In this document: in pieces, positions 1 through 9,393 of the stretch
Layout of the letters: every line of letters begins with the position of its first letter
Numbering within the stretch: the stretch's first letter is position 1
DNA from: Pseudothermotoga sp.
Lineage (GTDB): Bacteria > Thermotogota > Thermotogae > Thermotogales > DSM-5069
DNA: 23,128 nucleotides
Reading direction: 5' to 3'
Assembly: GCA_041640575.1 (NCBI GenBank)
Contig: JBEPZZ010000028.1
Coordinates: 1 to 23,128 of the forward strand
Position numbers and translations under genes: made by a program
The notes under the pieces: model-generated
Database searches by the model: none
Told to the model about the DNA's origin: nothing
The model's input: only the letters and a program-made list of their open reading frames with translations

Positions 1-1
1 A

Positions 2-250
2 TTTTTCATGTAAAAATTCACACAAATGATTTAGTTCAATATTGGGATTCGCTATCAAATCCTCATAACGCAAGGTGTATGAAAGATTATCTTCTTCAAA
101 AAATTTATTGCTCAATTCATCTATGGATTTCCAATAATCAATCCCTTCGAAAAAGGTTTTTGTACCCCATGGAACATTCATTAAAGACAAGGCAACATCG
201 CGTGGATCACGCACTATGCGAACAATTGGAGATGATGGGAAATATCGTTT
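2..250 (-). pseudogene. Internal fragment of a PAPS-dependent sulfotransferase; lacks its 5' part and runs off the left window edge
   Basis: My - strand translation (absent from the ORF track): KRYFPSSPIVRIVRDPRDVALSLMNVPWGTKTFFEGIDYWKSIDELSNKFFEEDNLSYTLRYEDLIANPNIELNHLCEFLHEK. It contains the FP..IVRDPRDV..S (3'-phosphate binding) and RYEDL..NP..EL..LCEFL motifs. An in-frame TAG at ~293-295 closes the frame upstream and the N-terminal PRSGTT-type motif is absent. Confidence 0.8.
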
Positions 251-710
251 ATACGTCAATTGAGTTATACCAGAACCATTGAAGAATATCGCCTATTCGC
301 CAGAAGGAATTTTCCAATACCCTGAGCTATGGAATTGTTTACTAGAGGCAAGTAAGCTAAGACAGAATCAAAGCTCTTACCGAGAATATTTACAGCGTCT
401 GGCGAAGCAAAATCCGAGTTTAGCGAACTTGGTTTTCTCAATTGTTGGAGGTATGTATCCTGTTCCGTTGGGCATAGTATTCGACGAGGATATTTACAAC
501 GGTTTGAATCTATCCGATTATATTGAAAAAACTGATCAAGGAGTTTCTATAACCGTACCGAACGGTTTTTACTTCATGATGGGTGACAATAGTTCGGAAA
601 GCTTTGATAGCCGTTTCTTTGGCTTTGTCCCAGTTGATCATTTGATAGGTAAACCAATTCTTCGTATTTGGCCTGTAAAGAATTTTGGTCCAATTCAAGA
701 GGGGAGTTAA
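231..710 (+). pseudogene. lepB: Signal peptidase I, C-terminal part only (5'-truncated, in-frame TGA at 261-263)
   Basis: C-terminal box VPNGFYFMMGDNSSESFDSRFFGFVP..IGKPILRIWP is present. The frame reads DDGKYRLYVN*VIPEPLKNIAYSPEGIF, where LepB normally has LYVNG. The transmembrane segment and the catalytic Ser and Lys boxes are absent. Confidence 0.8.
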
Positions 711-728
711 TGCTCCCCTTTTATTTTT
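700..728 (+). terminator. Putative intrinsic terminator overlapping the lepB stop codon
   Basis: AGGGGAGT-TAAT-GCTCCCCT stem-loop followed by TTTATTTTT. Confidence 0.6.
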
Positions 729-740
729 GATTGATAATGA

Positions 741-1391
<651 letters not shown>

Positions 1392-1863
1392 AAAATTAAT
1401 CTAAAGCTTGGATAGTTCTTGTGTACTTAAGTTACCAAGTTTTGTTAACGCAGTCACAGCCCACAGGTTTAGGAGGACTCTTTGCTTTTTCTTCCGCGAC
1501 AATATGAAATTTTGTCATCCGTCGGAAATAAAAAAACTGCGAGTAAGGAAGTTTTTTCTAATGAAAGTAGCTGTCTAAAATGTATTGCTATATCTACGTT
1601 TAATAGGAGTTTTTGTAAGGTAAATTAATTAAGATTGAATAATATCCAAAGTCATGAAAATCAGACGTATTCAAAGCTATGATGAGAAAAATGAATATGA
1701 TTGTACCTAGAATCCATTTATTCGTCGATGAATTTTATATGAGGCTTATTTTTGTGCTTCAAACTTGCAAAGAAATTTGATATAAAGATTACAACTGGTC
1801 TTATTCTAAATTCAAGGTCATGTGTTCGAAAAGACGAGGTTCTAAGTCAAGGAGGTATCGTTT

Positions 1864-3387
1864 GTGGAAGCTTTAATTCAGACTTTTACTACTGGCATGT
1901 TAGTTGTATTGCAGCCTTTTAATCTTCTACTTGTCTTTGTAGGAGTACTTTGGGGAATTATCTTCGGTGCTATTCCTGGGCTCACAGCAACTATGGGTGT
2001 TGCTCTCGCCCTTCCACTCACATATGGGATGAATCCTTTCAGCGGATTGGTGCTGCTATCAAGTATATACGTAGGTGCCATTTCTGGTGGTTTTATATCT
2101 GCTTCGTTGATAAATATTCCCGGAACACCGTCTTCCATTGCGACGACTTTTGATGCTTATCCTATGTCTAGAAAAGGTGAATCTGCCAAGGCTTTAAGTC
2201 TTGGGTTGATGGCTTCATTTCTTGGAGGTTTTGTAGGTGTTTTCTTAATGATAATAGCAACCTACGCCATAGCTCAGTTTGCGTTAAAATTTGGCCCGTT
2301 TGAGTATTTTGCACTTGGTGTTTTGGCTTTTGCTGGCTGCATGAGTATGTTAGAAGGCGGGATCATCAAAAATGCTATCAGCTTGATAATTGGTTTCATG
2401 CTTTCAATGATTGGTATGGACATGACAGGTATGTACAGGTTAACCTTTGGAATTCATGGACTGGCAGCAGGTATAGATATTCTTCCACTTTTGATAGGGC
2501 TATTTGGTATCTCTGAAATTATGATGGCAATAGAGAAAAGGACACAAAACATTGTACCACCAGAGGCTAGAAAAGCTGGAATGGGATTTAAAGCAGTATC
2601 CTGGGCGCTAAAAACTATTCTCAAGCAACCAGGGAATTTTATAAGATCGATGATAGTTGGCTTTGTGATAGGGGTTTTCCCAGGTGTTGGAGGCGCCACC
2701 TCTAGCGTTTTGGCTTATGGCTTGGCAAAGTCAAGTTCAAAGTATCCTGAAAGATTTGGAACTGGAATACCAGATGGTGTAATTGCTTCCGAGGTTGCAA
2801 ACAATGCAACAATTCCCGGTGCTTTGGTGCCACTGTTGTCCCTAGGTATCCCTGGTGACTCAGTTACTGCCATGATGATTGGTGGGTTCATGATTCATGG
2901 ACTTTTTCCAGGACCACTTTTGTTCAGAGACAGCCCACAATATGCATATACAGTCTTTGCGGCACAAATTCTTGGCATATTTGTAATGGTGATTATAGGC
3001 ATAATGTTAATGCGCTTCTTGATATACAGCCTGAGCATAAAGTCCTATTACTTGTTTCCAGCGATTGCTGCATGTATGGCCATAGGCGCTTATGGCTTAT
3101 ATAACAGAATTTTCGACGTGTGGATTGTATTCGTCACTGGATTTGTAGGTTATATTCTAAGGAAAATAGATTTCCCACTTGTGCCTTTGATAACGGCTTT
3201 CATACTTGGCCCTATTGTGGAAAAGAATTTCCGTCAGGGCTTAGCCATGTACGACGGCAGTTTGAAACCGCTATTCACAAGGCCAATATCACTCGGCCTG
3301 CTGATAGGTGCCGTTGTACTGTTTGCACTAGGTTGGTACATAAATGTAAAAGCTGCAAGAACCGCCAAAAAGTTGGCGGGGGCATAG
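1864..3387 (+). CDS. tctA: Tripartite tricarboxylate transporter large permease, TctA family
   Basis: GAIPGL, INIPGTPSS..TTFDAYPM, ASEVANNA and LSLGIPGD motifs; many hydrophobic segments; SD AAGGAGGT before a GTG start. Confidence 0.93.
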   Translation: MEALIQTFTTGMLVVLQPFNLLLVFVGVLWGIIFGAIPGLTATMGVALALPLTYGMNPFSGLVLLSSIYVGAISGGFISASLINIPGTPSSIATTFDAYPMSRKGESAKALSLGLMASFLGGFVGVFLMIIATYAIAQFALKFGPFEYFALGVLAFAGCMSMLEGGIIKNAISLIIGFMLSMIGMDMTGMYRLTFGIHGLAAGIDILPLLIGLFGISEIMMAIEKRTQNIVPPEARKAGMGFKAVSWALKTILKQPGNFIRSMIVGFVIGVFPGVGGATSSVLAYGLAKSSSKYPERFGTGIPDGVIASEVANNATIPGALVPLLSLGIPGDSVTAMMIGGFMIHGLFPGPLLFRDSPQYAYTVFAAQILGIFVMVIIGIMLMRFLIYSLSIKSYYLFPAIAACMAIGAYGLYNRIFDVWIVFVTGFVGYILRKIDFPLVPLITAFILGPIVEKNFRQGLAMYDGSLKPLFTRPISLGLLIGAVVLFALGWYINVKAARTAKKLAGA

Positions 3388-3408
3388 ATTTTAAAAGGAG
3401 GTATTGAT

Positions 3409-4353
3409 ATGTTGAAGAAAGTATTTGCTTCATTCGTAATCTTCGTGGCGATTCTGTCTGGTCTTTTGTTCGCTCAGCAATACCCTACTGGGCCTGTTAC
3501 TGTTATAGTCCCTTATTCTGCGGGAGGAATTAGTGACATCACGGCAAGGATTATTTCTGAGTACTGGAAACAGTATACAGGCCAAGATATGGTGGTTGTA
3601 AACATGGTAGGAGTTGAAGGGGCTGTAGCAGCTGAGCACGTAGTAAAGTCTAAGCCTGATGGCTATACTGTGTTTTGGTACCATGAAGCAATGCTTGGAA
3701 ACTATCACACAGGAGTTTCAACGCTCAACTGGTACAATTTTACGCCCGCGTGTATGGTAATAGTTACACCAAGAGTAACTTTGGCAAGAGCAAACGCTTC
3801 TTGGAAAAATTTGAAGGAAGCATTGGAAGACGCCAAGGCCAATCCGAGAAAATACGCGATAGGATTTGGTACTGGTGGCGTTGCATACTTTGAATACGCA
3901 GGCATTGAAGCAATCGTTCCTGGTGTACTTAGATCTGTACCTTATGAAGGTGGAGATACACCAAGGATAACGGCGTTACTCGGAGGCCACATAGACCTAG
4001 CAATGGTCGGATTACCAAGTGCAATACCATACCTTAAATCTGGTGAAGTGAAGGCACTTGCGATTCATGATACAGCGAGAATAAAACTTCTCCCAAACGT
4101 TCCTACAACAGTTGAACTTGGATATACTGATTATATATTTAGACTGTCAAACACGTTTTTCTTCCCACCAAAGACCCCTCAGACTATAATTGATGAATTC
4201 AACAAAATTATGAGGAGAATTGCCGAAAATCCAGAGTTTCAAAAGAAAATGGACGAAATGAACATAAGTGTCGACTTTCGAGTTGGCGCAGCACTTGAAG
4301 AGTATTGGAAAGCAGCTGATGCGAATTATAAGAAGCTTTCGCAGAAAAAATAA
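3409..4353 (+). CDS. tctC: Tripartite tricarboxylate transporter substrate-binding protein (TctC/Bug family)
   Basis: Signal peptide followed by YPTGPVTVIVPYSAGGISDITAR, KPDGYT, VPYEGG...ALLGGHID and LPNVPT; SD AAGGAGGT. Confidence 0.92.
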   Translation: MLKKVFASFVIFVAILSGLLFAQQYPTGPVTVIVPYSAGGISDITARIISEYWKQYTGQDMVVVNMVGVEGAVAAEHVVKSKPDGYTVFWYHEAMLGNYHTGVSTLNWYNFTPACMVIVTPRVTLARANASWKNLKEALEDAKANPRKYAIGFGTGGVAYFEYAGIEAIVPGVLRSVPYEGGDTPRITALLGGHIDLAMVGLPSAIPYLKSGEVKALAIHDTARIKLLPNVPTTVELGYTDYIFRLSNTFFFPPKTPQTIIDEFNKIMRRIAENPEFQKKMDEMNISVDFRVGAALEEYWKAADANYKKLSQKK

Positions 4354-4370
4354 CTTGATCATTGACCGCG

Positions 4371-4413
4371 GCGTGCCTCCAGGGCACGCTTGCATCTCTT
4401 AGGAAGGAGATGC
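4371..4413 (+). promoter_or_regulatory. Tandem stem-loops between tctC and tctB; the second covers the tctB Shine-Dalgarno
   Basis: GCGTGCC-TCCAG-GGCACGC (4371-4389) and GCATCTC-TTAGGAAG-GAGATGC (4392-4413); tctB ATG at 4418. Confidence 0.6.
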
Positions 4414-4417
4414 TAAA

Positions 4418-4903
4418 ATGAAGGCTAAGAGAGACTTAATTGCTTCAATTGCTTTTCTGATTACTGGCATAGTATTTCTCAGAGAATCATACCAAATTAG
4501 GGTTTTGAGATTCGGAACTCTTCTTCCAGGGAATGTTTTCCCGAAGACGTTCTCAATTAGTTTGATCATTCTCTCGAGTCTTTGGATGATGTTATCATTT
4601 GTCAAAATGTTAAAAGAAAAAGCAGATAAGGTTCGGACAGAGATCAACATTGATGTAAGAGCTTTGGTAAGAATTATCCTGTATACTGTCTGCTCTGCCA
4701 GTTATGTTGTCATAATGGATTATTTTGGTTTTATCACCGCAACAATTTTCTTGTCAATGGTTACCTATCTCCTTCTAAAACCTGAATTTCAGAAAATTGA
4801 TTTGCTCTTTAGTGCAGCTTATTCAGTTGCAACGACCTTCGGAATTTGGTATGTATTTGAAAAGATCCTAAAGCTGGTTTTACCATCTGGAAGATTGATC
4901 TAG
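4418..4903 (+). CDS. tctB: Tripartite tricarboxylate transporter small membrane subunit, TctB family
   Basis: 161 aa with ~4-5 hydrophobic segments, PG.VFPK, YFGFITAT and a C-terminal FEKILKLVLPSG; adjacent to tctA and tctC. Confidence 0.88.
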   Translation: MKAKRDLIASIAFLITGIVFLRESYQIRVLRFGTLLPGNVFPKTFSISLIILSSLWMMLSFVKMLKEKADKVRTEINIDVRALVRIILYTVCSASYVVIMDYFGFITATIFLSMVTYLLLKPEFQKIDLLFSAAYSVATTFGIWYVFEKILKLVLPSGRLI

Positions 4904-4916
4904 GAGAAACTTTCAT

Positions 4917-4950
4917 GAAAAAACCGGGGCCTGAAGCCCCGGTTTCTTTT
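4917..4950. terminator. Bidirectional intrinsic terminator between convergent tctB and the tRNA operon
   Basis: AAACCGGGGC-CTGAA-GCCCCGGTTT flanked by an A-tract on the left and a T-tract on the right. Confidence 0.85.
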
Positions 4951-4951
4951 C

Positions 4952-5028
<77 letters not shown>

Positions 5029-5070
5029 CCGAATATATTTCATAAAATTGTATATACTTATTTTCTACTT

Positions 5071-5158
5071 TGGTGCCGGGGATCGGAGTCGAACCGACAC
5101 GGAGGCTCCCTCCAGCGGATTTTAAGTCCGCAGCGTCTGCCTATTCCGCCACCCCGGC
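5071..5158 (-). tRNA. tRNA-Leu(TAA)
   Basis: Reverse complement GCCGGGGTGGCGGAATAGGCAGACGCTGCGGACTTAAAATCCGC...GGTTCGACTCCGATCCCCGGCACCA: TAA anticodon, long variable arm, encoded CCA. Confidence 0.96.
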
Positions 5159-5169
5159 AGCCATCACAA

Positions 5170-5198
5170 AGTTTATCACGAATAACCCTTCTTGTCAA
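5170..5198 (-). promoter_or_regulatory. Sigma70-type promoter of the tRNA-Leu/tRNA-fMet operon
   Basis: - strand TTGACA-17 nt-TAAACT ending 11 nt before tRNA-Leu. Confidence 0.8.
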
Positions 5199-5585
5199 CC
5201 AAAAGTAGCATCCTGAAAATATAGCTGGTGAGGCACTCGCATTTAATACAGCTGAGTATTAGGGAGATTTTAATCGGCCTACAACTGAGAAGTCATCAAT
5301 TCTCTTGTTTCATTCATAGCCTTGCCATTAGCACTTTGATACTAAATCTAACGACTTTTCATTTACAGGCTATAGCAAACTGCTATCGCAGAAATCGCAA
5401 AATTGTCGTTCATTTTCAGCGGTGCAAATCCAACATTAAGCAAAAAATCGCTATTTATGACAAAGGAGAGAATTGAGAGGGGTTGAGAAGATTTCAACCA
5501 AGTAAACTAGGCAACAAGTAGCCCTAATGTTGAAGTCTTGATCCTTCTTTTACTCTCAAATGAGGTTCAAAAATCCTTCAGAGAA

Positions 5586-5873
5586 TCAGAGCTGCATCCT
5601 CATTATTTCCCTGTAGGCTTCGACTATTTTGTTTCTCACCTCATTTGTCAATCTTAATGCAACTGTAGCTTTCTCAGCTTCGATTATTACTTCGTGGATA
5701 CTGCTTATCTTTCCTAGAGCAAAATCGGACGCGGCTTTCTCAGCATTCTTCTGCAACTGATTAACTTTCTCCAGCGTTTCATTAAATACTGATGAAAAAT
5801 CAGCCTGACGTTTGCTTGTCTGCTGCCTTGAGATATTTGATTCATTAAAGACGCCAGAAATTCTATCTATCAT
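5586..5873 (-). CDS. fliE: Flagellar hook-basal body complex protein FliE
   Basis: [34 protein letters not shown]-terminal signature; downstream of flgC. Confidence 0.95.
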   Translation of the reverse strand: MIDRISGVFNESNISRQQTSKRQADFSSVFNETLEKVNQLQKNAEKAASDFALGKISSIHEVIIEAEKATVALRLTNEVRNKIVEAYREIMRMQL

Positions 5874-5877
5874 TCAA

Positions 5878-6291
5878 TCATCCCCTTCCTATTTGAAGAG
5901 CACTATTAATCATTGCTTTTGTGGTGTTAAAAGCTGCTACGTTTGCTTCATAGGATCTTTGAGCATTCATCAGATCTATCATTTCTCTTAAAACATTGAC
6001 ATTTGGCAATCTAACGTAACCATTCTCATCAGCATCAGGATGCGTTGGATCATAAACTATTCTGAAGGGTGAGGAATCTTCTTCGATTTTCATCACCTTA
6101 ACACCACTGCTTCTTGTTGACCCAACACTAATTATATATTCCGTGAATATAGGAACCCTTCTCCTGTATGGTTCGCCACGATTTGTTCTGGTTGTCTCTG
6201 AATTCGCTATATTACTGGAAATCACATCTATCCTTAGACGCTGTGCTGTCATTCCGGATGAGCTTACTCTCATTGTCAGGAACTCATTCAT
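5878..6291 (-). CDS. flgC: Flagellar basal-body rod protein FlgC
   Basis: SGMTAQRLRIDVISSNIANSETT, YDPTHPDADENGYVRLPNVN and AQRSYEAN. Confidence 0.97.
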   Translation of the reverse strand: MNEFLTMRVSSSGMTAQRLRIDVISSNIANSETTRTNRGEPYRRRVPIFTEYIISVGSTRSSGVKVMKIEEDSSPFRIVYDPTHPDADENGYVRLPNVNVLREMIDLMNAQRSYEANVAAFNTTKAMINSALQIGRG

Positions 6292-6293
6292 TA

Positions 6294-6671
6294 TTATACA
6301 CCTCTTACAACTATGTTGTAGTATTCGAAGTTTTTGCTCATCAATCTGGAAAGGACTTCGTATTTCATTCCATTGATAGTCATCTGAGCTATTTCATAAT
6401 CAATATCTACTCCGGTTTGATCGTTCCTGTAATAAATATCTCTATCAATCAAAACCTTTGGTTCTGAAACAGTTGGAAGATTGCTGAAATGTTTTTCGTT
6501 TGTCCTTGAAAGTCCTAAGCGCATTTCCTTTCGCAAGAGTTCTTCGAATGCCACATACTTTCGTTTATATCCAGGTGTTTCCGCGTTTGCTATATTTTGT
6601 GCATGAACATTTTGTCGAAGCATCGAAACGTCCATAGCAGTTTTAATTATGTTAATCGTGTTGCTAAACAA
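6294..6671 (-). CDS. flgB: Flagellar basal-body rod protein FlgB
   Basis: LRQNVHAQNIANAETPGYKR and VDIDYE. Start re-called to TTG at 6671, 9 nt after SD GGAGG (ATG at 6680 is the alternative). The ORF-track extension to 6764 looks non-homologous. Confidence 0.92.
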   Translation of the reverse strand: MFSNTINIIKTAMDVSMLRQNVHAQNIANAETPGYKRKYVAFEELLRKEMRLGLSRTNEKHFSNLPTVSEPKVLIDRDIYYRNDQTGVDIDYEIAQMTINGMKYEVLSRLMSKNFEYYNIVVRGV

Positions 6672-6936
6672 GTCATTCATCCTCCGTTGATAGTTTTCTC
6701 CAAACGGCAGGGATATTCCTAAATCAAAATTTGAAAATAAAATACAAAACCACAGGCAATTCAAAGATCCTTTCAGATTGTGCGTCTAACGCGAAACAGG
6801 ATAGTATATGGTAAAGTATAATAGTTAGGGTTAGGGTGAATACCACTAAAAAATGTTGAGCTGGAATGCAACATCTGTGCAGTATATAGATTGTCTCTTC
6901 TAAAATCCAATAATAATAATTAAGGGGTGTGCTTGC

Positions 6937-7584
6937 ATGGGTTGGGTCTTGGGAAAGAGAGAAAAAGAAATTATCAGAAAATTATTTGAGTTTCTCGATG
7001 TGATAAGTAAAACACTTCTGGAACTCCGCAGAACAATCGAGGCTTATCTTAAGCAGGAAGAAACCAGATTTACTGAGCTCGTTGAAGTCGTAAGAAAAAG
7101 CGAACACGATGCTGACAATCTGAGGAGAGAAGTTGAGACCTTAATGTATGGTGGAGCATTCCTGCCAAATTCCAGAGGAGATTTGCTTGGAATAATTGAG
7201 TCTGCAGATAGAGTCGCAAATAAAGCAGAATATATCGCAGATATTTTGGACCTTGAACGACCGGCAATTCCACCGGTTTTTGCTCCAAACTTCTTTAGAC
7301 TTGTCGATTTGTCAATAGAAACTTATGAGGCTTTGAAACTCGCGATAAATTATCTTTTCGAAGACCTAGACAAGGTCACGGAAAAAATACTTCTTGTAGA
7401 ACAAAAGGAACACGATGTTGATATTGTTGAAAGATCAATGATTAAGCAAATCTTTGCCCTTGATATTCCACATTCACAGAAACTTCATCTGAAGGAGCTT
7501 GTTAGAAGTATCGCTGACATAGCAGACCGTGCAGAGGATTGTTCAGATCGTGTACAAGTTGTCTCTTTAAAAAGGAGGGTATAA
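6937..7584 (+). CDS. DUF47/TIGR00153 family PhoU-like putative phosphate transport regulator
   Basis: EHDADNLRREVE..Y.GAFLP..RGDLL, EQKEHDVD and IADIADRAED..DRV (repeated helical-bundle motifs). Confidence 0.88.
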   Translation: MGWVLGKREKEIIRKLFEFLDVISKTLLELRRTIEAYLKQEETRFTELVEVVRKSEHDADNLRREVETLMYGGAFLPNSRGDLLGIIESADRVANKAEYIADILDLERPAIPPVFAPNFFRLVDLSIETYEALKLAINYLFEDLDKVTEKILLVEQKEHDVDIVERSMIKQIFALDIPHSQKLHLKELVRSIADIADRAEDCSDRVQVVSLKRRV

Positions 7585-7586
7585 TT

Positions 7587-8363
7587 TTGAGTGAAAAACA
7601 TGAAGAATTCGAGAAACTCCTTTCAATCATGGAAATTCTTCGTTCAGAAAGAGGATGTGAATGGGATCGAAGTCAGACACACGAAACTTTAAAGCCTTAC
7701 GTTGTTGAAGAGGCTTTCGAGCTTGCCGAAGCTATAGATATGGGAGATGTTCAAAAGATCAAAGAGGAATTAGGAGATGTGCTGCTTCAGGTGGTATTCC
7801 ATTCACAAATTGCAGCTGAAAATGGTTCTTTTGATATCATAGATGTCATACGTGCACTTAATGAAAAACTCGTCAGAAGGCATCCTCATGTTTTCGGCAA
7901 TAGTTTAGGTTATTCGTATCAGCAATGGGAAATGATCAAATCTGAAGAGAAAGGAGATGAGAAAACATCAAGCATAGGAAAGATCAACAAAGCTTTACCA
8001 AGCCTTAGTATGGCGAGACGCATACAAGAGAACGCAGCTGCTGTTGGCTTTGATTGGCCAGATGTGTCTGGTGCTTTGGAAAAAGTCACCGAAGAAATTG
8101 ATGAGCTGGTAAATGCTATTAAAACAGGGAAAAACGATCAATTGATGGAAGAGTTGGGAGATTTACTATTTGCAATCGTCAATGTAGCAAGATTTTTAAA
8201 TGTCGATCCAGAACTCGCGCTTAGAAAAGCTACTGAGAAATTTGTGAACCGGTTTGATCTTGTAGAACAATTTGCCAAGAAGAATGGGATGAATTTGAAA
8301 GAGCTTTCACTAGCTCAACTTGATGAACTTTGGGAAAAGGCGAAGGGAGGAGAATTGATATGA
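7587..8363 (+). CDS. mazG: Nucleoside triphosphate pyrophosphohydrolase MazG
   Basis: GCEWDRSQT, EELGDVLLQVVFHSQIA, KLVRRHPHVF, GFDW and a second EELGDLLF. Start re-called to TTG at 7587 after GGAGG. Confidence 0.95.
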   Translation: MSEKHEEFEKLLSIMEILRSERGCEWDRSQTHETLKPYVVEEAFELAEAIDMGDVQKIKEELGDVLLQVVFHSQIAAENGSFDIIDVIRALNEKLVRRHPHVFGNSLGYSYQQWEMIKSEEKGDEKTSSIGKINKALPSLSMARRIQENAAAVGFDWPDVSGALEKVTEEIDELVNAIKTGKNDQLMEELGDLLFAIVNVARFLNVDPELALRKATEKFVNRFDLVEQFAKKNGMNLKELSLAQLDELWEKAKGGELI

Positions 8364-9388
8364 AAAAAATTCTTCTAATTTTTGTTCTCGCGTTACTGAG
8401 CGTCGGTGTTATATTAGCTGAGGATCCATCAGCAAGCTCAAACACAACGGTTGTTGCAGAAGTAAATGGAGTAATCGTAACGATGCAGCAACTTGATAAT
8501 GAAGCAAGTATTGACAGATTATTGGCTCAGATCCAGTCCATAGATGAAAGATTTTACCAAGTTCTTGTTAACACTTCTGAAGGGATGAACTTGCTGCTTC
8601 GTTATAAAAGGGAAGTCTTAAACAGTCTGATAGATCAGATACTAATTGTTCAAATTGCTGAAAAAATGGGCCTAGCACCTGACAAGAAAGAGATTGAGGA
8701 AATGGTTAGCCAAGAATTGAACAAGACGCTTTCGACATATGGTATCACTGAAACCGATCTCGACTGGTACCTACGTGCGTCTGGTTTGGGAAACATTGAG
8801 ACCTTTAAAGACAGATTAAGATGGATATTCACCGTACAGAGATCCATCAGTGCAATCCAGGAGGCTGTGACAGCCACACAAATTAGCAAATCAGAAGTGG
8901 AGTCTTTCTACAGTGAGAACAAAGAGTTTTTTGCCATAGAAGAAGCTGTGAAAGCCTTACGAATAATTGTTGATTCAAAGTCTGCAGCTGAAAGCGTTCT
9001 GAACCGGATAAGATCAGGAGAAGACTTCAAAAAGATCGCATCTGAGGTTTCCATTGACCCAATAACCAAAGATCGAGAGGGAGATCTTGGATGGGTTGAA
9101 AGAAGAAGCGGAATCATTGACAAAGATGTTGAGGAAAAACTCTTTGCAAGTCCCGTTAATGCAATTCTAGGACCATTTGAAACTGCTGGTGGTTGGGAAA
9201 TCTATAGAGTTCTCGAAAAAAGGAGCAAGAGCTACGTGCCGCTTGAAGAAGTTTACGACGACATAGTAGAAGAACTAAAACATGCAAAAGCTCAGGATTT
9301 GTGGTTTAAGTGGATAAGTGAAGAATTCAAAATGTTTAAAGAGTCAAGTGACATAAAGATCTATCTTCTAACTGAAGGAGGTAAATAA
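8360..9388 (+). CDS. Exported SurA/PrsA-like chaperone with a PpiC-type peptidyl-prolyl isomerase domain
   Basis: Signal peptide MKKILLIFVLALL (ATG 8360, ATGA overlap with mazG), VAEVNG..VT, GEDFKKIASEVSID...GDLGWV and GPFETAGGWEI. Confidence 0.85.
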   Translation: MKKILLIFVLALLSVGVILAEDPSASSNTTVVAEVNGVIVTMQQLDNEASIDRLLAQIQSIDERFYQVLVNTSEGMNLLLRYKREVLNSLIDQILIVQIAEKMGLAPDKKEIEEMVSQELNKTLSTYGITETDLDWYLRASGLGNIETFKDRLRWIFTVQRSISAIQEAVTATQISKSEVESFYSENKEFFAIEEAVKALRIIVDSKSAAESVLNRIRSGEDFKKIASEVSIDPITKDREGDLGWVERRSGIIDKDVEEKLFASPVNAILGPFETAGGWEIYRVLEKRSKSYVPLEEVYDDIVEELKHAKAQDLWFKWISEEFKMFKESSDIKIYLLTEGGK

Positions 9389-9393
9389 GATAA

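Noticed and set aside
261..263. TGA-to-Gly recoding (genetic code 25) to rescue lepB
   Set aside because: TGA is the normal stop for many intact genes here (mazG, mtnA, tkt, rnc, pheS, pheT), and the catalytic N-terminal half would still be missing.
79..282. 67 aa + strand ORF
   Set aside because: Antisense shadow of the sulfotransferase fragment, with no motifs of its own.
1392..1863. Long AT-rich intergenic region with an imperfect hairpin near 1492-1527; possible riboswitch or att site
   Set aside because: No recognisable riboswitch consensus, no copy of the tRNA 3' end, and no confidently spaced promoter.
5200..5585. 82 aa ORF (5228-5476) and a GCAAA..GAAA..CGCAAA pattern reminiscent of a c-di-GMP-I riboswitch
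   Set aside because: The ORF has no SD or motif. The pattern lacks the required pairing, lies on the strand opposite the flagellar genes, and is downstream of them.
6672..6764. N-terminal extension of FlgB in the ORF track
   Set aside because: The SD GGAGG at 6681-6685 points to a start at 6671 or 6680, and the extension does not resemble FlgB.
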